Shown here piece after piece: positions 50,767 to 64,000 of a DNA stretch of 64,000 nt (positions are counted from its first letter, which is position 1; each line of letters starts with the position of its first letter). The position numbers and the translations under genes are program-made. Under the pieces are notes generated by a model. The model worked only from the letters and a program-made list of their open reading frames with translations, was not told the DNA's origin and ran no database searches. Origin of the DNA: Eledone cirrhosa (lineage: Eukaryota); the NCBI GenBank assembly GCA_964016885.1, contig OZ024742.1, positions 14,818,001 through 14,882,000 on the forward strand, written 5' to 3'.

Positions 50767-53700
50767 CTGGGAACACTGAGTCAAGGTCACCAATAACCAG
50801 TCAAAATTTGATCAATAAAACAGGAAGTGTATCTAGCTATAGAAAACCTGCCAAACAAAGGGTTTGGAGGGTTCTTCAGTTGTGTTATGGACATGACAAC
50901 CTCACTAGTGATGGTCATTGTAAAGTGGTTGGTGACAAGAAGGGCAGCCAGTCATAGGAAACCTGTCAAACAAATAGCAGGGAGGACTCTTCAGTCACAT
51001 CAAGGACATGAGAGCTTCCCAAGTGTTGGTGATCAATACGAAAAACACACCTAGTACACTCTGTTTAGGAGAGTATCGCCATGAAAAAAGCCCTCAGTAC
51101 ATGCTGTAATGTGGTTGGAGTTAGGAAGGGAATCCAGCCAAAGAAAACCCAAGACAAAAATGGATGGTATCAGCAAGATGTGGTCAACTGACCTGTCAGG
51201 CTTCATAACATGACATGCCTTGATGACATGACATACCTTGATACCCTTGATGACATGATATGCCTTGATAATGTGACAGGCCCCTTGAAGACATGACATA
51301 CCTTGATGACATGACAAGCCTTGATAATGTGACATGCCTTGATAATGTAACATGCCTTGATAATGTGACAGGACTTGATGACATGCCATGCCTTGATAAT
51401 GTGACAGAACTTGATGACATGACATGCCTTGATAATGTGACAGGACTTGATGATGTGACAGGACTTGATAATGTGACAGGACTTGGTGACATGCCATGCC
51501 TTGATGACATGACATGCCTTGATAATGTGACAGGACTTGATGACATGACATGCCTTGATAATGTGACAGGACTTGATGACATGACATGCCTTGATAATGT
51601 GACAGGACTTGATAATGTGACATGCCTTGATAATGTGACAGGACTTGATGACATGCCATGCCTTGATAATGTGACAGGACTTGATGACATGCCATGCCTT
51701 GATAATGTGACAGGACTTGATGACATGACATGCCTTGATAATGTGACAGGACTTGATGACATGCCATGCCTTGATAATGTGACAGGACTTGATGACGTGA
51801 CATGCCTTGATAATGTGACAGGACTTGATGACATGACAGGACTTGATAATGTGACAGGACTTGATGACATGACATGCCTTGATAATGTGACAGGACTTGA
51901 TGACATGACATGCCTTGATAATGTGACAGGACTTGATGACATGACAGGACTTGATAATGTGACAGGACTTGATGACATGCCATGCCTTGATAATGTGACA
52001 GGACTTGATGACATGCCATGCCTTGATAATGTGACATGCCTTGATGACATGACATGCCTTGATAATGTGACAGGACTTGATGACATGCCATGCCTTGATA
52101 ATGTGACAGGACTTGATGACGTGACATGCCTTGATAATGTGACATGACTTGATAATGTGACAGGACTTGATGACATGACATGCCTTGATAATATGACAGG
52201 ACTTGATGACATGCCATGCCTTGATAATGTGACAGGACTTGATGACATGACAGGACTTGATAATGTGACAGGACTTGGTGACATGACATGCCTTGATAAT
52301 GTGACAGGACTTGATGACATGACATGCCTTGATAATGTGACAGGACTTGATGACGTGACATGCCTTGATAATGTGACAGGACTTGATGACGTGACATGCC
52401 TTGATAATGTGACATGACTTGATAATGTGACAGGACTTGATGACATGACATGCCTTGATAATATGACAGGACTTGATGACATGCCATGCCTTGATAATGT
52501 GACAGGACTTGATGACATGACAGGACTTGATAATGTGACAGGACTTGGTGACATGACATGCCTTGATAATGTGACAGGACTTGATGACATGACATGCCTT
52601 GATAATGTGACAGGACTTGATGACGTGACATGCCTTGATAATGTGACAGGACTTGATGACGTGACATGCCTTGATAATGTGACAGGACTTGATGACATGA
52701 CATGCCTTGATAATGTGACAGGACTTGATGACATGACATGCCTTGATAATGTGACAGGACTTGATGACGTGACATGCCTTGATAATGTGACAGGACTTGA
52801 TGACATGACATGCCTTGATAATGTGACAGGACTTGATGACGTGACATGCCTTGATAATGTGACATGCCATGCCTTGATAATGTGACAGGACTTGATGACA
52901 TGCCATGCCTTGATAATGTGACAGGACTTGATGACATGCCATGCCTTGATGACATGACATGCCTTGATAATGTGACAGGACTTGATGACATGACATGCCT
53001 TGATAATGTGACAGGACTTGATGACATGACATGCCTTGATAATGTGACAGGACTTGATGACATGACATGCCTTGATAATGTGACAGGACTTGATAATGTG
53101 ACAGGACTTGATGACATGACATGCCTTGATAATGTGACAGGACTTGATGACATGACATGCCTTGATAATGTGACAGGACTTGATAATGTGACAGGACTTG
53201 ATGACATGACATGCCTTGATAATGTGACAGGACTTGATGACATGACATGCCTTGATAATGTGACAGGACTTGATGACATGCCATGCCTTGATAATGTGAC
53301 AGGACTTGATGACATGCCATGCCTTGATAATGTGACAGGACTTGATGACATGACATGCCTTGATAATGTGACAGGACTTGATGACATGACAGGACTTGAT
53401 AATGTGACAGGACTTGATGACATGACATGCCTTGATAATGTGACAGGACTTGATGACATGACATGCCTTGATAATGTGACAGGCCTTGATGACATGACAT
53501 GCCTTGATAATGTGACAGGACTTGATGACATGACATGCCTTGATAATGTGACAGGACTTGATGACATGCCATGCCTTGATAATGTGACAGGACTTGATGA
53601 CATGCCATGCCTTGATAATGTGACAGGACTTGATGACATGACATGCCTTGATAATGTGACAGGACTTGATGACATGACAGGACTTGATAATGTGACAGGA

Positions 53701-56700
53701 CTTGATGACATGACATGCCTTGATAATGTGACAGGACTTGATGACATGACATGCCTTGATAATGTGACAGGACTTGATGACATGACATGCCTTGATAATG
53801 TGACAGGACTTGATGACATGCCATGCCTTGATAATGTGACAGGACTTGATAATGTGACAGGACTTGATGACATGCCATGCCTTGATAATGTGACAGGACT
53901 TGATATGACATGCCTTGATAATGTGACAGGACTTGATGACATGCCATGCCTTGATAATGTGACAGGACTTGATGACATGACATGCCTTGATAATGTGACA
54001 GGACTTGATGACATGCCATGCCTTGATAATGTGACATGACTTGATAATGTGACAGGACTTGATGACATGACATGCCTTGATAATGTGACAGGACTTGATG
54101 ACATGACATGCCTTGATAATGTGACATGCCTTGATAATGTGACAGGACTTGATGACATGACATGCCTTGATAATGTGACAGGACTTGATGACATGACATG
54201 CCTTGATAATGTGACAGGACTTGATAATGTGACAGGACTTGATGACATGCCATGCCTTGATAATGTGACAGGACTTGATGACATGCCATGCCTTGATAAT
54301 GTGACAGGACTTGATGACATGCCATGCCTTGATAATGTGACAGGACTTGATGACATGCCATGCCTTGATAATGTGACAGGACTTGATGACATGCCATGCC
54401 TTGATAATGTGACAGGACTTGATGACATGCCATGCCTTGATAATGTGACAGGACTTGATGACATGACATGCCTTGATAATGTGACAGGACTTGATGACAT
54501 GCCATGCCTTGATAATGTGACAGGACTTGATGACATGACATGCCTTGATAATGTGACATGCCTTGATAATGTGACAGGACTTGATGACATGACATGCCTT
54601 GATAATGTGACAGGACTTGATGACATGACATGCCTTGATAATGTGACAGGACTTGATGACATGCCATGCCTTGATAATGTGACAGGACTTGATGACATGC
54701 CATGCCTTGATAATGTGACAGGACTTGATGACATGCCATGCCTTGATAATGTGACAGGACTTGATGACATGCCATGCCTTGATAATGTGACGGGACTTGA
54801 TGACATGACATGCCTTGATAATGTGACAGGACTTGATGACATGACATGCCTTGATAATGTGACAGGACTTGATTACATGCCATGCCTTGATAATGTGACA
54901 GGACTTGATGACATGCCATGCCTTGATAATGTGACAGGACTTGATTACATGACATGCCTTGATAATGTGACAGGACTTGATGACATGACATGCCTTGATA
55001 ATGTGACAGGACTTGATGACATGACAGGACTTGATAATGTGACATGCCTTGATGACATGACATGCCTTGATAATGTGACAGGACTTGATGACATGCCTTG
55101 ATAATGTCACAGAACTTGATGACATGCCATGCCTTGATAATGTGACAGAACTTGATGACATGACATGCCTTGATAATGTGACAGGACTTGATGGCATGCC
55201 TTGATAATGTGACAGAACTTGATGACATGCCATGCCTTGATAATGTGACAGAACTTGATGACATGCCATGCCTTGATAATGTGACAGAACTTGATGACAT
55301 GCCATGCCTTGATAATGTGACAGGACTTGATGACATGACATGCCTTGATAATGTGACAGGACTTGATAATGTGACAGGACTTGATGACATGCCATGCCTT
55401 GATAATGTGACAGGACTTGGTGACATGCCATGCCTTGATGACATGCCATGCCTTGATAATGTGACAGGACTTGATGACATGCCATGCCTTGATAATGTGA
55501 CAGGACTTGATGACATGCCATGCCTTGATAATGTGACAGGACTTGATGACATGCCATACCTTGATAATGTGACATGCCTTGATAATGTGACATAACTTGA
55601 TGACATGACATGCCTTGATAATGTGACAGGACTTGATGACATGCCATGCCTTGATAATGTGACAGGATTTGATGACATGCCATGCCTTGATAATGTGACG
55701 GGACTTGATGACATGACATGCCTTGATAATGTGACAGGACTTGATGACATGCCATGCCTTGATAATGTGACAGGACTTGATGACATGCCATACCTTGATA
55801 ATGTGACAGGATTTGATGACATGCCATGCCTTGATAATGTGACGGGACTTGATGACATGCCATACCTTGATAATGTGACAGGACTTGATGACATGCCATG
55901 CCTTGATAATGTGACAGGACTTGATGACATGCCATACCTTGATAATGTGACATGCATTGATAATGTGACAGAACTTGATGACATGACATGCCTTGATAAT
56001 GTGACAGGACTTGATAATGTGACAGGACTTGATGACATGACATGCCTTGATAATGTGACAGGACTTGATGACGTGACATGCCTTGATAATGTGACAGGAC
56101 TTGATAATGTGACAGGACTTGATGACGTGACATGCCTTGATAATGTGACAGGACTTGATGACATGACATGCCTTGATAATGTGACAGGACTTGATAATGT
56201 GACAGGACTTGATGACGTGACATGCCTTGATAATGTGACAGGACTTGGTGACATGACATGCCTTGATAATGTGACATGCCTTGATGACATGCCATGCCTT
56301 GATGACATGACATGCCTTGATAATGTGACAGGACTTGATAATGTGACAGGACTTGATGACATGACATGCCTTGATAATGTGACAGGACTTGATGACATGA
56401 CATGCCTTGATAATGTGACAGGACTTGATAATGTGACAGGACTTGATGACATGCCATGCCTTGATAATGTGACAGGACTTGATGACATGACATGCCTTGA
56501 TAATGTGACAGGACTTGATAATGTGACAGGACTTGATGACATGCCATGCCTTGATATTGTGACAGGACTTGATGACATGCCATGCCTTGATAATGTGACA
56601 GGACTTGATGACGTGACATGCCTTGATAATGTGACAGGACTTGATGACATGACATGCCTTGATAATGTGACATGCCTTGATGACATGACATGCCTTGATA

Positions 56701-57612
56701 ATGTGACAGGACTTGATGACATGCCATGCCTTGATAATGTGACAGGACTTGATGACATGACATGCCTTGATAATGTGACAGGACTTGATGACATGACATG
56801 CCTTGATAATGTGACAGGACTTGATGACATGACATGCCTTGATGACATGCCATGCCTTGATAATGTGACAGGATTTGATGACATGCCATGCCTTGATAAT
56901 GTGACAGGACTTGATGACATGACATGCCTTGATAATGTGACAGGACTTGATGACATGACATGCCTTGATAATGTGACAGGACTTGATGACATGACATGCC
57001 TTGATAATGTGACAGGACTTGATGACATGACATGCCTTGATGACATGCCATGCCTTGATAATGTGACAGGATTTGATGACATGCCATGCCTTGATAATGT
57101 GACAGGACTTGATGACATGCCATGCCTTGATAATGTGACAGGATTTGATGACATGCCATGCCTTGATAATGTGACAGGACTTGATGACATGACATGCCTT
57201 GATAATGTGACAGGACTTGATGACATTACATGCCTTGATAATGTGACAGGACTTGATGACATGACATGCCTTGATAATGTGACATGTCTTGAAAATGTGA
57301 CAGGCCTTGATAATGTGACAAGCCTTGATGACATATGTCTTGATAATGTGACAGGCCTTGATGACATATGTCTTGATAATGTGACAGGCCTTGATGACAT
57401 ATGTCTTGATAATGTGACAGGCCTTGATGACATATGTCTTGATAATGTGACAGGCCTTGATGACATGACAGGACTTGATGTCATGACAAGCCTTGATAAT
57501 GACAGGCCTTGATAACATGACAGGCTGTCATAACGTGAGAGGCCTGGAAAATAGACATTAAACAATGATGAGGAAATAACATTTAAGATGGCGGTGGAGA
57601 AAATAAGGATAC
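50767..57612 (-). other. U12-type (minor spliceosome) GT-AG intron, 6846 bp
   Basis: Donor GTATCCTT (57612-57605). Branch site CCTTGAC (50786-50780) about 14 nt upstream of the AG, with no polypyrimidine tract. Phases of the flanking exons agree (TT+A=Leu). Confidence 0.85.
51206..57525. repeat. 6.3-kb minisatellite of alternating 18-bp subunits (36-bp dimer)
   Basis: CTTGATAATGTGACAGGA alternates with CTTGATGACATG(A/C)CATGC; about 350 subunits. Confidence 0.98.
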
Positions 57613-57693
57613 AAGCTGTCTTCATCCAATTCAATATCCATTTCTTCTGCTGCTCTCTGGAACCAATTATTTTCATGCTTCCTCTTCTCAAAC
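57613..57693 (-). CDS. DDX24: DDX24-like helicase exon
   Basis: FEKRKHENNWFQRAAEEMDIELDEDS resembles the conserved NxW..xAA...IEL.E segment; TATAG acceptor; phase consistent. Confidence 0.9.
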
Positions 57694-57903
57694 CTATATA
57701 CATTAAAATAGAAGATGTTATCTTTATTGTATTTATTACATAATACATATATCAATGACATGCTGGATAATTATGTAATGGTTACACCAGTAACTGGCAC
57801 TGGTGTGACATCATCAGATGTTTATACAAAGTAACCAGCATGTCACTGAATTATGTATAATGTAATAAAAACAAATAAGCAAACATAACATATGTCTTAA
57901 CAT

Positions 57904-58880
57904 TTGGCAGTATTGGTAGAGGGTCGGACGCCATGCTTTGAAGCATAGAGTTGCGTCCCTTTATGATCTGAGTTCAAATCTCGCCGAGGTTAACTTTGCC
58001 TTTCATCCTTACGGGGTCGATAAAATAAAGTACCAGTAATGTACTGGGTAGTTGCTGGCCTTGTGCCACAAGTAGAAACAATTATTTCATACACAGAAAC
58101 TCCATTGTGTTTAATCACCATCACAATTCTGGATATATATGACTGACAGAGTGCTTTTCACTGCTTGGACCAGATTATCTTCATGACATTGCAACATAAC
58201 TTTCATAGATAAACACCCTAATAATTAGCTACATTAGAATAGATATATATAAAATTGTGTACTAAGCAGCTGAAGTATATGATAAAGTTATATCTGTGTA
58301 TATACAAAATTGAAGTAACCGAGACTGTGTGAATGTGTATATAGGTCTATAGATATGTTTTTAGTATATAAACATGTAAATATACATATTTACCAATAAC
58401 CACCAGCAGTATTGTAACAAAGAATCCTCTATGTGGATACACAAGCTGTCTTACTAAATGGAAGAACACATTAGATAATGTAGTCCTAGATACACTGTGC
58501 TAACAAACAAGAAAATAATAATAATAAAAATAATTGTTTCTATTTTTGGCACAAAGCCAACAATTATTTTGTGGAGAAAGTTGATTAAATTAGTCCCAGT
58601 ACTTTATTTTAGCAACTCCCATAAGGATGAACTCAGAACATAAAGGGATGGAACTCTATACTGTAAAGTATGTTGTTCTGCTAATCCACCACCCTCACAA
58701 CCCTAATAATAATTGTTTCTATTTTTGGTACAAGGCCAGTAATTACCCAGTACATTACTGGTACTTTATTTTATCGACCCCGTAAGGATGAAGGGCAAAG
58801 TTAACCTCGGCGGGATTTGAACTCAGAATGGCAAGGGCCGTAACTCTATACGTCAAAGCATGGCGTCCAACCCTCTACCA
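57904..58880. mobile_element. Intronic family A SINEs
   Basis: Copies at ~57904-58085 (+), ~58533-58695 (-, degenerate) and ~58712-58877 (-). Confidence 0.85.
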
Positions 58881-59216
58881 ATACTGCCAATCCACCAATA
58901 ATAAAAATGAGATGGGACACAACAGCTATGGCTTTGATCTTGGTCAGCTGAACTAATCAACAAAAACAGCTACTAATCCATGACATACATCACAATTGGA
59001 AAGACAGCAGTGCACTTGAGGAGGGAGCCCTGTGAGGTGGGGTGGCTGTTGTAGCAGGTGTCTCTGGCCACTCTCCACTTTGGCCACAAACATGAGCTCC
59101 ACCGCCCGCAACGTAGATGAGAGGAAGATAGTTAAATCCTGGGGTCTGACCGACCGCCTCCTTTTTTCTACCAGTCTCCATCAAGACCTCTGGTGTCCTT
59201 GGTCCCCGCACTACTG

Positions 59217-61672
59217 ATATCATCATCATCGTTTAACGTCCATTTTCCACGCTAGCACGAGTCTGGACGGGAATTGTCCCACTTGAGGCAAGATTGCTTG
59301 TCTTGCTCAGGACTGTCTGGCAGGTTTTCTACGGCTGGATGCCCTTCTTAACACCAACCACATTTACAGTCTGGACTGGGAGGTTTTTACCGTGTTACCT
59401 ACACGGCCACATTACAGTGTGGACTGTGTTTTTTTGTTGTGACACCTACTCGACCTCATTTATTTAGGACAGGATGTTGTGATACCAACAACTTTACATC
59501 GAAAGCGGTGCGGGTAGGGTTAGTGGGACGGGGGTGTATTTTGGTTAAGAGGTGCCTACTGACTGTAGGTTTCGCTTTGTACTTAAGCAAGGTGGGTCTT
59601 CTGTATTACTGTGTAGCACCAAAGATCTTGGTCCAGTGACATTGTCTTGGAGAGGTGTAAATGTGTGAGGTCGGATTTTATCAAGTCGTCCCAGGTTTTT
59701 CTGGGTCTGCCTACTCCGTAGCTACCGTCTATTTTGGTTGCCCTGCACTTTTTTATACAGCTGTCATTTTTCATGCGCATCACGTGACCGTACCAACATA
59801 GTCTTCTCTCGAGTAAACAGCATCTGATCCCTCTTATTCCTAATTTCTCACTTAGTTCATTTATGCTTTGCCGTTCGCGTATATTACTATTACACATCCA
59901 ACGGAGCATGCAAGCTTCGTTCCTCTCCAGTCTGGGTAGATCCTCTGCACACAAGGCCCAGGTCTCACTGCCATGTAGCATTGCTGTTCGTATGCAGGCA
60001 TCATACAGCCTGCCTTTTATTTTTAGAGAGAAACCTTTAGCGGCCAATAGTGGTATAAGCTCTCTGAACTTTTTTCATCCTGTTCGGACTCTAGCTACAG
60101 TACTTTCGGAACACCCTCCACCACTGCTGATTTTGTCACCCAAGTAACGGAAGGTGTCCACTATTTCTATAGAACGATCTTGGCAATGGAATGAGCTAGT
60201 ATTCTGCTACTTATTGCACCAGAGCACCTGCCACATATAAAATCTATATTCTTAGTTAGCTTACCTGTGATCCCACTACATCTTTTATGCACCCATACTT
60301 TGCATTTGGGACATAAAATGGAGTTTCTGCCTACTCCTTTCCTACACACTGAGCATGGCCATTTCCCAGATGGGACCAGTGCCCTATTCTCCTTCCTACA
60401 TATTAGGACTTTAGTCTTAGACAAGTTAACTTTAAGGCCTTTTGATTCTAGGCCATGCTTTCATGTTTGGAATTTCTTCTCTAGTTCAGCCATTGATTCA
60501 GCTATGAGCGTTAGATCATCTGCGTATAGAAGTTCCCATGGGCAGCCGGTCTTGAACTCGTCCGTTATAGCTTGGAGGGCGATAATAAATAGGAGGGGAC
60601 TAAGAATGGAGCCCTGATGAACACCAACTTTTACGCTAAACTCTTCACTATATTCGTTGTTAATTCTAACCTTGCTGACTGTTTCTTTATACATGGCGTG
60701 TATAGCTCTCACAAGCCATTCGTCAACACCTAGTTTTCTAAGGGCCCACCAGATAATGGAGTGGGGGACTCTGTCAAAGGCTTTCTCCAGGTCTACAAAA
60801 GCTAAGTAGAGGGGTTTACTTTTAGCTAGGTACTTCTCCTGTAGTTGTCGTACAATGAAAAGAGCATCTGTGGTACTTTTACCTGACACAAACCCGAACT
60901 GCATTTCATCTAGATCAATTCGCTCTGATTAGTTGCGCTATTACTTTTTCTGTGACCTTCATGACCTGGTCAATTAATTTAATGTCTCTATAGTTACCCC
61001 TATCTAGAGCACTCCTTTACCCTTGTAGCAGTTAATGATGATGCTGCTACGCCAGTCCTTTGGTACGACCCCATTCTGTATAACTTGGTTTACTATCCGG
61101 GTGACCATAGTGTCCCACCATTCCAGATGCTTTCAGCAACTATTTCCGAAGGCCCAGCCGCCTTACCCGTCTTCATATCTTTGATTGCCTTACTTATTAT
61201 ACTAGATTCAACTTGCACTACTGGTCCCTCTATTGGATCGATGTGGGGGAGACTGTCTTTCTCCCATTTATTCTCCTCATTTAGTAGCCTTTCGTAGTGA
61301 CACTTCCAAGCTACCTTCTTATCAGCGTCAGTGATGCCAAGTACACCATCATCATTAAGGACACACTTCTCCCCGACAATATCACAGTTTTCCTTGACAC
61401 ATTGTCTAGCAATCCTGAACACCTCACGTTTTTGGTCCTCGCATTGTAGAACATGCTTGAACTTTCTTTCCTCTGCTTCCCTTCTTGCGAAATACACTTG
61501 TCTCCTAGCTTCCCTCCTGGCCACTTGATAGTCTTCTCTACTTCCCCCATCCCGCCATGCTTTCCAAGCCTGCTTTTTGGCCTTGATCGACTCCTCCACC
61601 TTACTGTTCCACCACCAAGTTACTCTCCTCCTGCCTATAGGTCTGCTCCAGCCACAGATTTCATCTGTCGCC
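59217..61672 (-). mobile_element. 5'-truncated RTE LINE in a DDX24 intron (same orientation as the gene)
   Basis: QFGFVSGK, DLEKAFDRVP, HQGSILSP, LYADD, Cys finger; (ATC)n tail at ~59218-59230; several frameshifts; closely similar to 45199-46362. Confidence 0.93.
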
Positions 61673-61977
61673 TTCTATAAAATTGAAAAGACAGCAGTGC
61701 ACTTGAAGAGGGAGCCCCATGAGATGGGGTGGCTGCTGAGACGGGTGTCTCTGGCCATTCTCTGAGGTTATGCCTTTGCCATTTTGTCTGCGGAGCATGG
61801 CTAAAGCATCACTCAAACTGGGGTGTAGCCTCTGTCCCTCTCCCTTTCTTCTGCTACTTCATTCTCTTTTCTTTCCTTTCAAATGTGTTTTGTATTTATA
61901 TAAACAACTTTGTAAAATAAAACCATGAACACCTCAAAAAAAAAATAAAACAATGTAATTTATCCAAAGTTACTCAC

Positions 61978-62074
61978 TTGTGTTCTACTGAGTCAATCTT
62001 CAGCGCCAACTGGACTCTGCTGTTTATTGATGGCATATAATTAACATCAATAGGAAACAGGTCAAAGTCTTTAG
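61978..62074 (-). CDS. DDX24: DDX24-like helicase exon
   Basis: KDFDLFPIDVNYMPSINSRVQLALKIDSVEH; TTACAG acceptor and GTGAGT donor; phases 1 and 2 fit neighbours. Confidence 0.9.
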
Positions 62075-62114
62075 CTGTAAATTCAATGGAAACATTAATG
62101 TATTTGTGGATATA

Positions 62115-62462
62115 TGTCTAATGAATTACATTCTATTTCAATTAATTAATGAAGAATTTTGAAGGATTTATTAAAATCATTAATTATTTTATTACTAGGA
62201 CAGTAACTTAATGAAAGGTTCTATTATAAAATTATGTCAGAAGGTTTTAATTTAAATATGAATACTTTAACCTTTATCTGACTGTATTTCTAATGAATTA
62301 CACTCTATTTTAATTAATCAATAAAGAATTTCAAGAGATTTACTAAAATCATTAATTATTTCATTACTAAGATATTAACTTTATGTAAGGTTCTTATTTA
62401 AAATTATATTGAAAGATTTTAATTTAAATAGGAATACTCTATTTCAATTAATTAATGAAGAA
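62115..62462. repeat. AT-rich ~172-bp tandem duplication
   Basis: TCTAATGAATTACA...TTTAATTTAAATA repeated twice plus a partial third copy. Confidence 0.75.
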
Positions 62463-62785
62463 TATATATCTACCTGGATATTGAGTATAAAACCTATGTG
62501 ATATCAGAATACATATGAGATATACCTCATATGATATCAGTCATACACCACATATATGATATCAGCTATACATATGCTGTTACAGAAGCCTGGTTTGAGG
62601 CTGAATTCTTTTTTACAGGACTTAGAAAACCTGAAGGACCGCTGCAATAAGTGTGTGAATCTGAGAGGGGAATATGTTGAATAAAATCATAATTAACTGA
62701 TCCTTCTGTATTTTCTTTTACCCAAAACCAGGAACATTTCAGCACACACCTCCTCATATATATATGATACGCCACATATAATAGA

Positions 62786-62953
62786 AGGCACATGGCTTAG
62801 TGGTTAAGAGCATTGGGCTTGCAATCGAAAGGTTGTGAGTTCAATTCTCGGACCGGGTGATGTGTTGTTTCCTTGAGGAAGACACTTTATTTCATGTTGC
62901 TCCAGTTTACTCAGCTGTAGAAATGAGATGATAGGACTGGGGTCCCTATCATT
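62786..62953 (+). mobile_element. Family B SINE, 5' half
   Basis: TGGCTTAGTGGTTAAGAGC...GAGTTCAATTC head and body matching 48664-49003. Confidence 0.85.
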
Positions 62954-63277
62954 AGATTACCCAAAACACCCCCAACGAGATATACCTTGGAGGAGGCCAG
63001 CTAAACCTGCATAGGTGTGAGCTGTCACACACACACATATAATATGATATCAGCTATACTTATGTGATACACCATATATAATGATATATCGGCCACATTT
63101 TAAGATACACATATATGATATCAGCAATACTTATGCTGATATCATATATGGTATCTTAAAATGATATCAGCAATACTTATACCACATATAATATGATATA
63201 CACCACATCTGATACAAGATATATCACTAACAAGATGATATCACACATGTAGAAATGTTAAAGTGATATATACTTAC

Positions 63278-63395
63278 TTCTGTTTAAACTATAAAGAATC
63301 TTTCTGTAAGCTTTCTGTTCCTCTGGGCAGATAAGCAACACTGTTAGACCTTCCAGTGAGGCCCGAGCTGTACGGCCACTGCGATGTATGTAGTT
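63278..63395 (-). CDS. DDX24: DDX24-like DEAD-box helicase exon with motif VI; upstream exons lie beyond the window
   Basis: NYIHRSGRTARASLEGLTVLLICPEE: HRSGRTAR is the DDX24/Mak5 form of motif VI; TCTCAG acceptor and GTAAGT donor. Confidence 0.93.
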
Positions 63396-63804
63396 CTGAG
63401 AATAAAAATTCAAAATACAACAATCACCATCACCAACATCAACATCACCATCACTAACATCAACACCACCAGCACTAACATCAACACTATCACCACCAGC
63501 ACCAACATCACCACCATAATAGAACACATAACACATTAGAACTAAATGTTTATACAACTCCTCTGGTTTTGGTACCACAATAAAATACACCTAGTCTACT
63601 CTGTAAAGTTGTAGAGCTAATACCAAGACATACCACATAACAATGACAGTTTCTAAAAATTGAAAGACAGAAAGACAATGACCAATGACTATGAAGTTAA
63701 AACACCAGAGTAATGACCACATTGTTGTGTGTTCAAATCCCACTTGAGCAAAACACAGAACACAAGTTAATGTTAAAATTACAAGCTGATATAATAGTTC
63801 CTGA

Positions 63805-64000
63805 TTTAGGCTCAAGGCCAACAATTTCGGGGGAGTGGTAAGTCAATTAAATCGACCCTAGTGCATTACTGGTACTTTATTTTATTGACCCCGTAAAAAT
63901 AGATGAAAGGCAAAGCTAACCTCAATAGGATATGAAGTGAGAATGTAAAGCGACGTCAAAAAACATGTTGTCCGACGCTCTACCGATTCCACTGCCAATC
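63805..64000 (-). mobile_element. Older family A-related SINE
   Basis: CTGGTACTTTATTTTATTGACCCCG...GATGAAAGGCAAAG body. Confidence 0.8.

Noticed and set aside
57544-57570. TTTTCCAG acceptor that could splice DDX24 into the repeat
   Set aside because: Part of a retroelement tail; in the DDX24 phase it hits TGA within five codons.
51051-57748. ORFs of 1263, 1999, 2181, 803 and 635 aa as structural repeat proteins
   Set aside because: They overlap in several frames on both strands, swap frames at indels and lie in a DDX24 intron; expected from a stop-poor 18-bp unit.

Overview
AT-rich, repeat-dense animal genomic DNA; the SINE/RTE/microsatellite landscape suggests a coleoid cephalopod such as Octopus (inference only). 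1-18.5 kb is a 40/42-bp minisatellite with a 200-N gap and higher-order duplications. 19-49.4 kb is a nest of mobile elements: a degenerate R4/Dong-type LINE interrupted by a 5.5-kb non-autonomous Helitron (TC...hairpin-CTAG at an A|T site), Penelope-like fragments, a palindrome carrying two hammerhead-ribozyme motifs, three RTE LINE copies, a deleted Gypsy LTR element and many tRNA-derived SINEs. The Helitron carries a short-intron SGNH-hydrolase-like gene, a convergent BACK-like ORF and a foldback element. 49.8-63.4 kb holds the last five coding exons of a DEAD-box helicase gene (DDX24/Mak5-like) on the minus strand, with a fourth RTE copy in one intron. Another of its introns has U12 (minor spliceosome) signals and is ~92% filled by a 6.3-kb 18/36-bp minisatellite that expanded inside a retroelement tail. 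The giant ORFs in the ORF track are translations of the tandem arrays, not genes.
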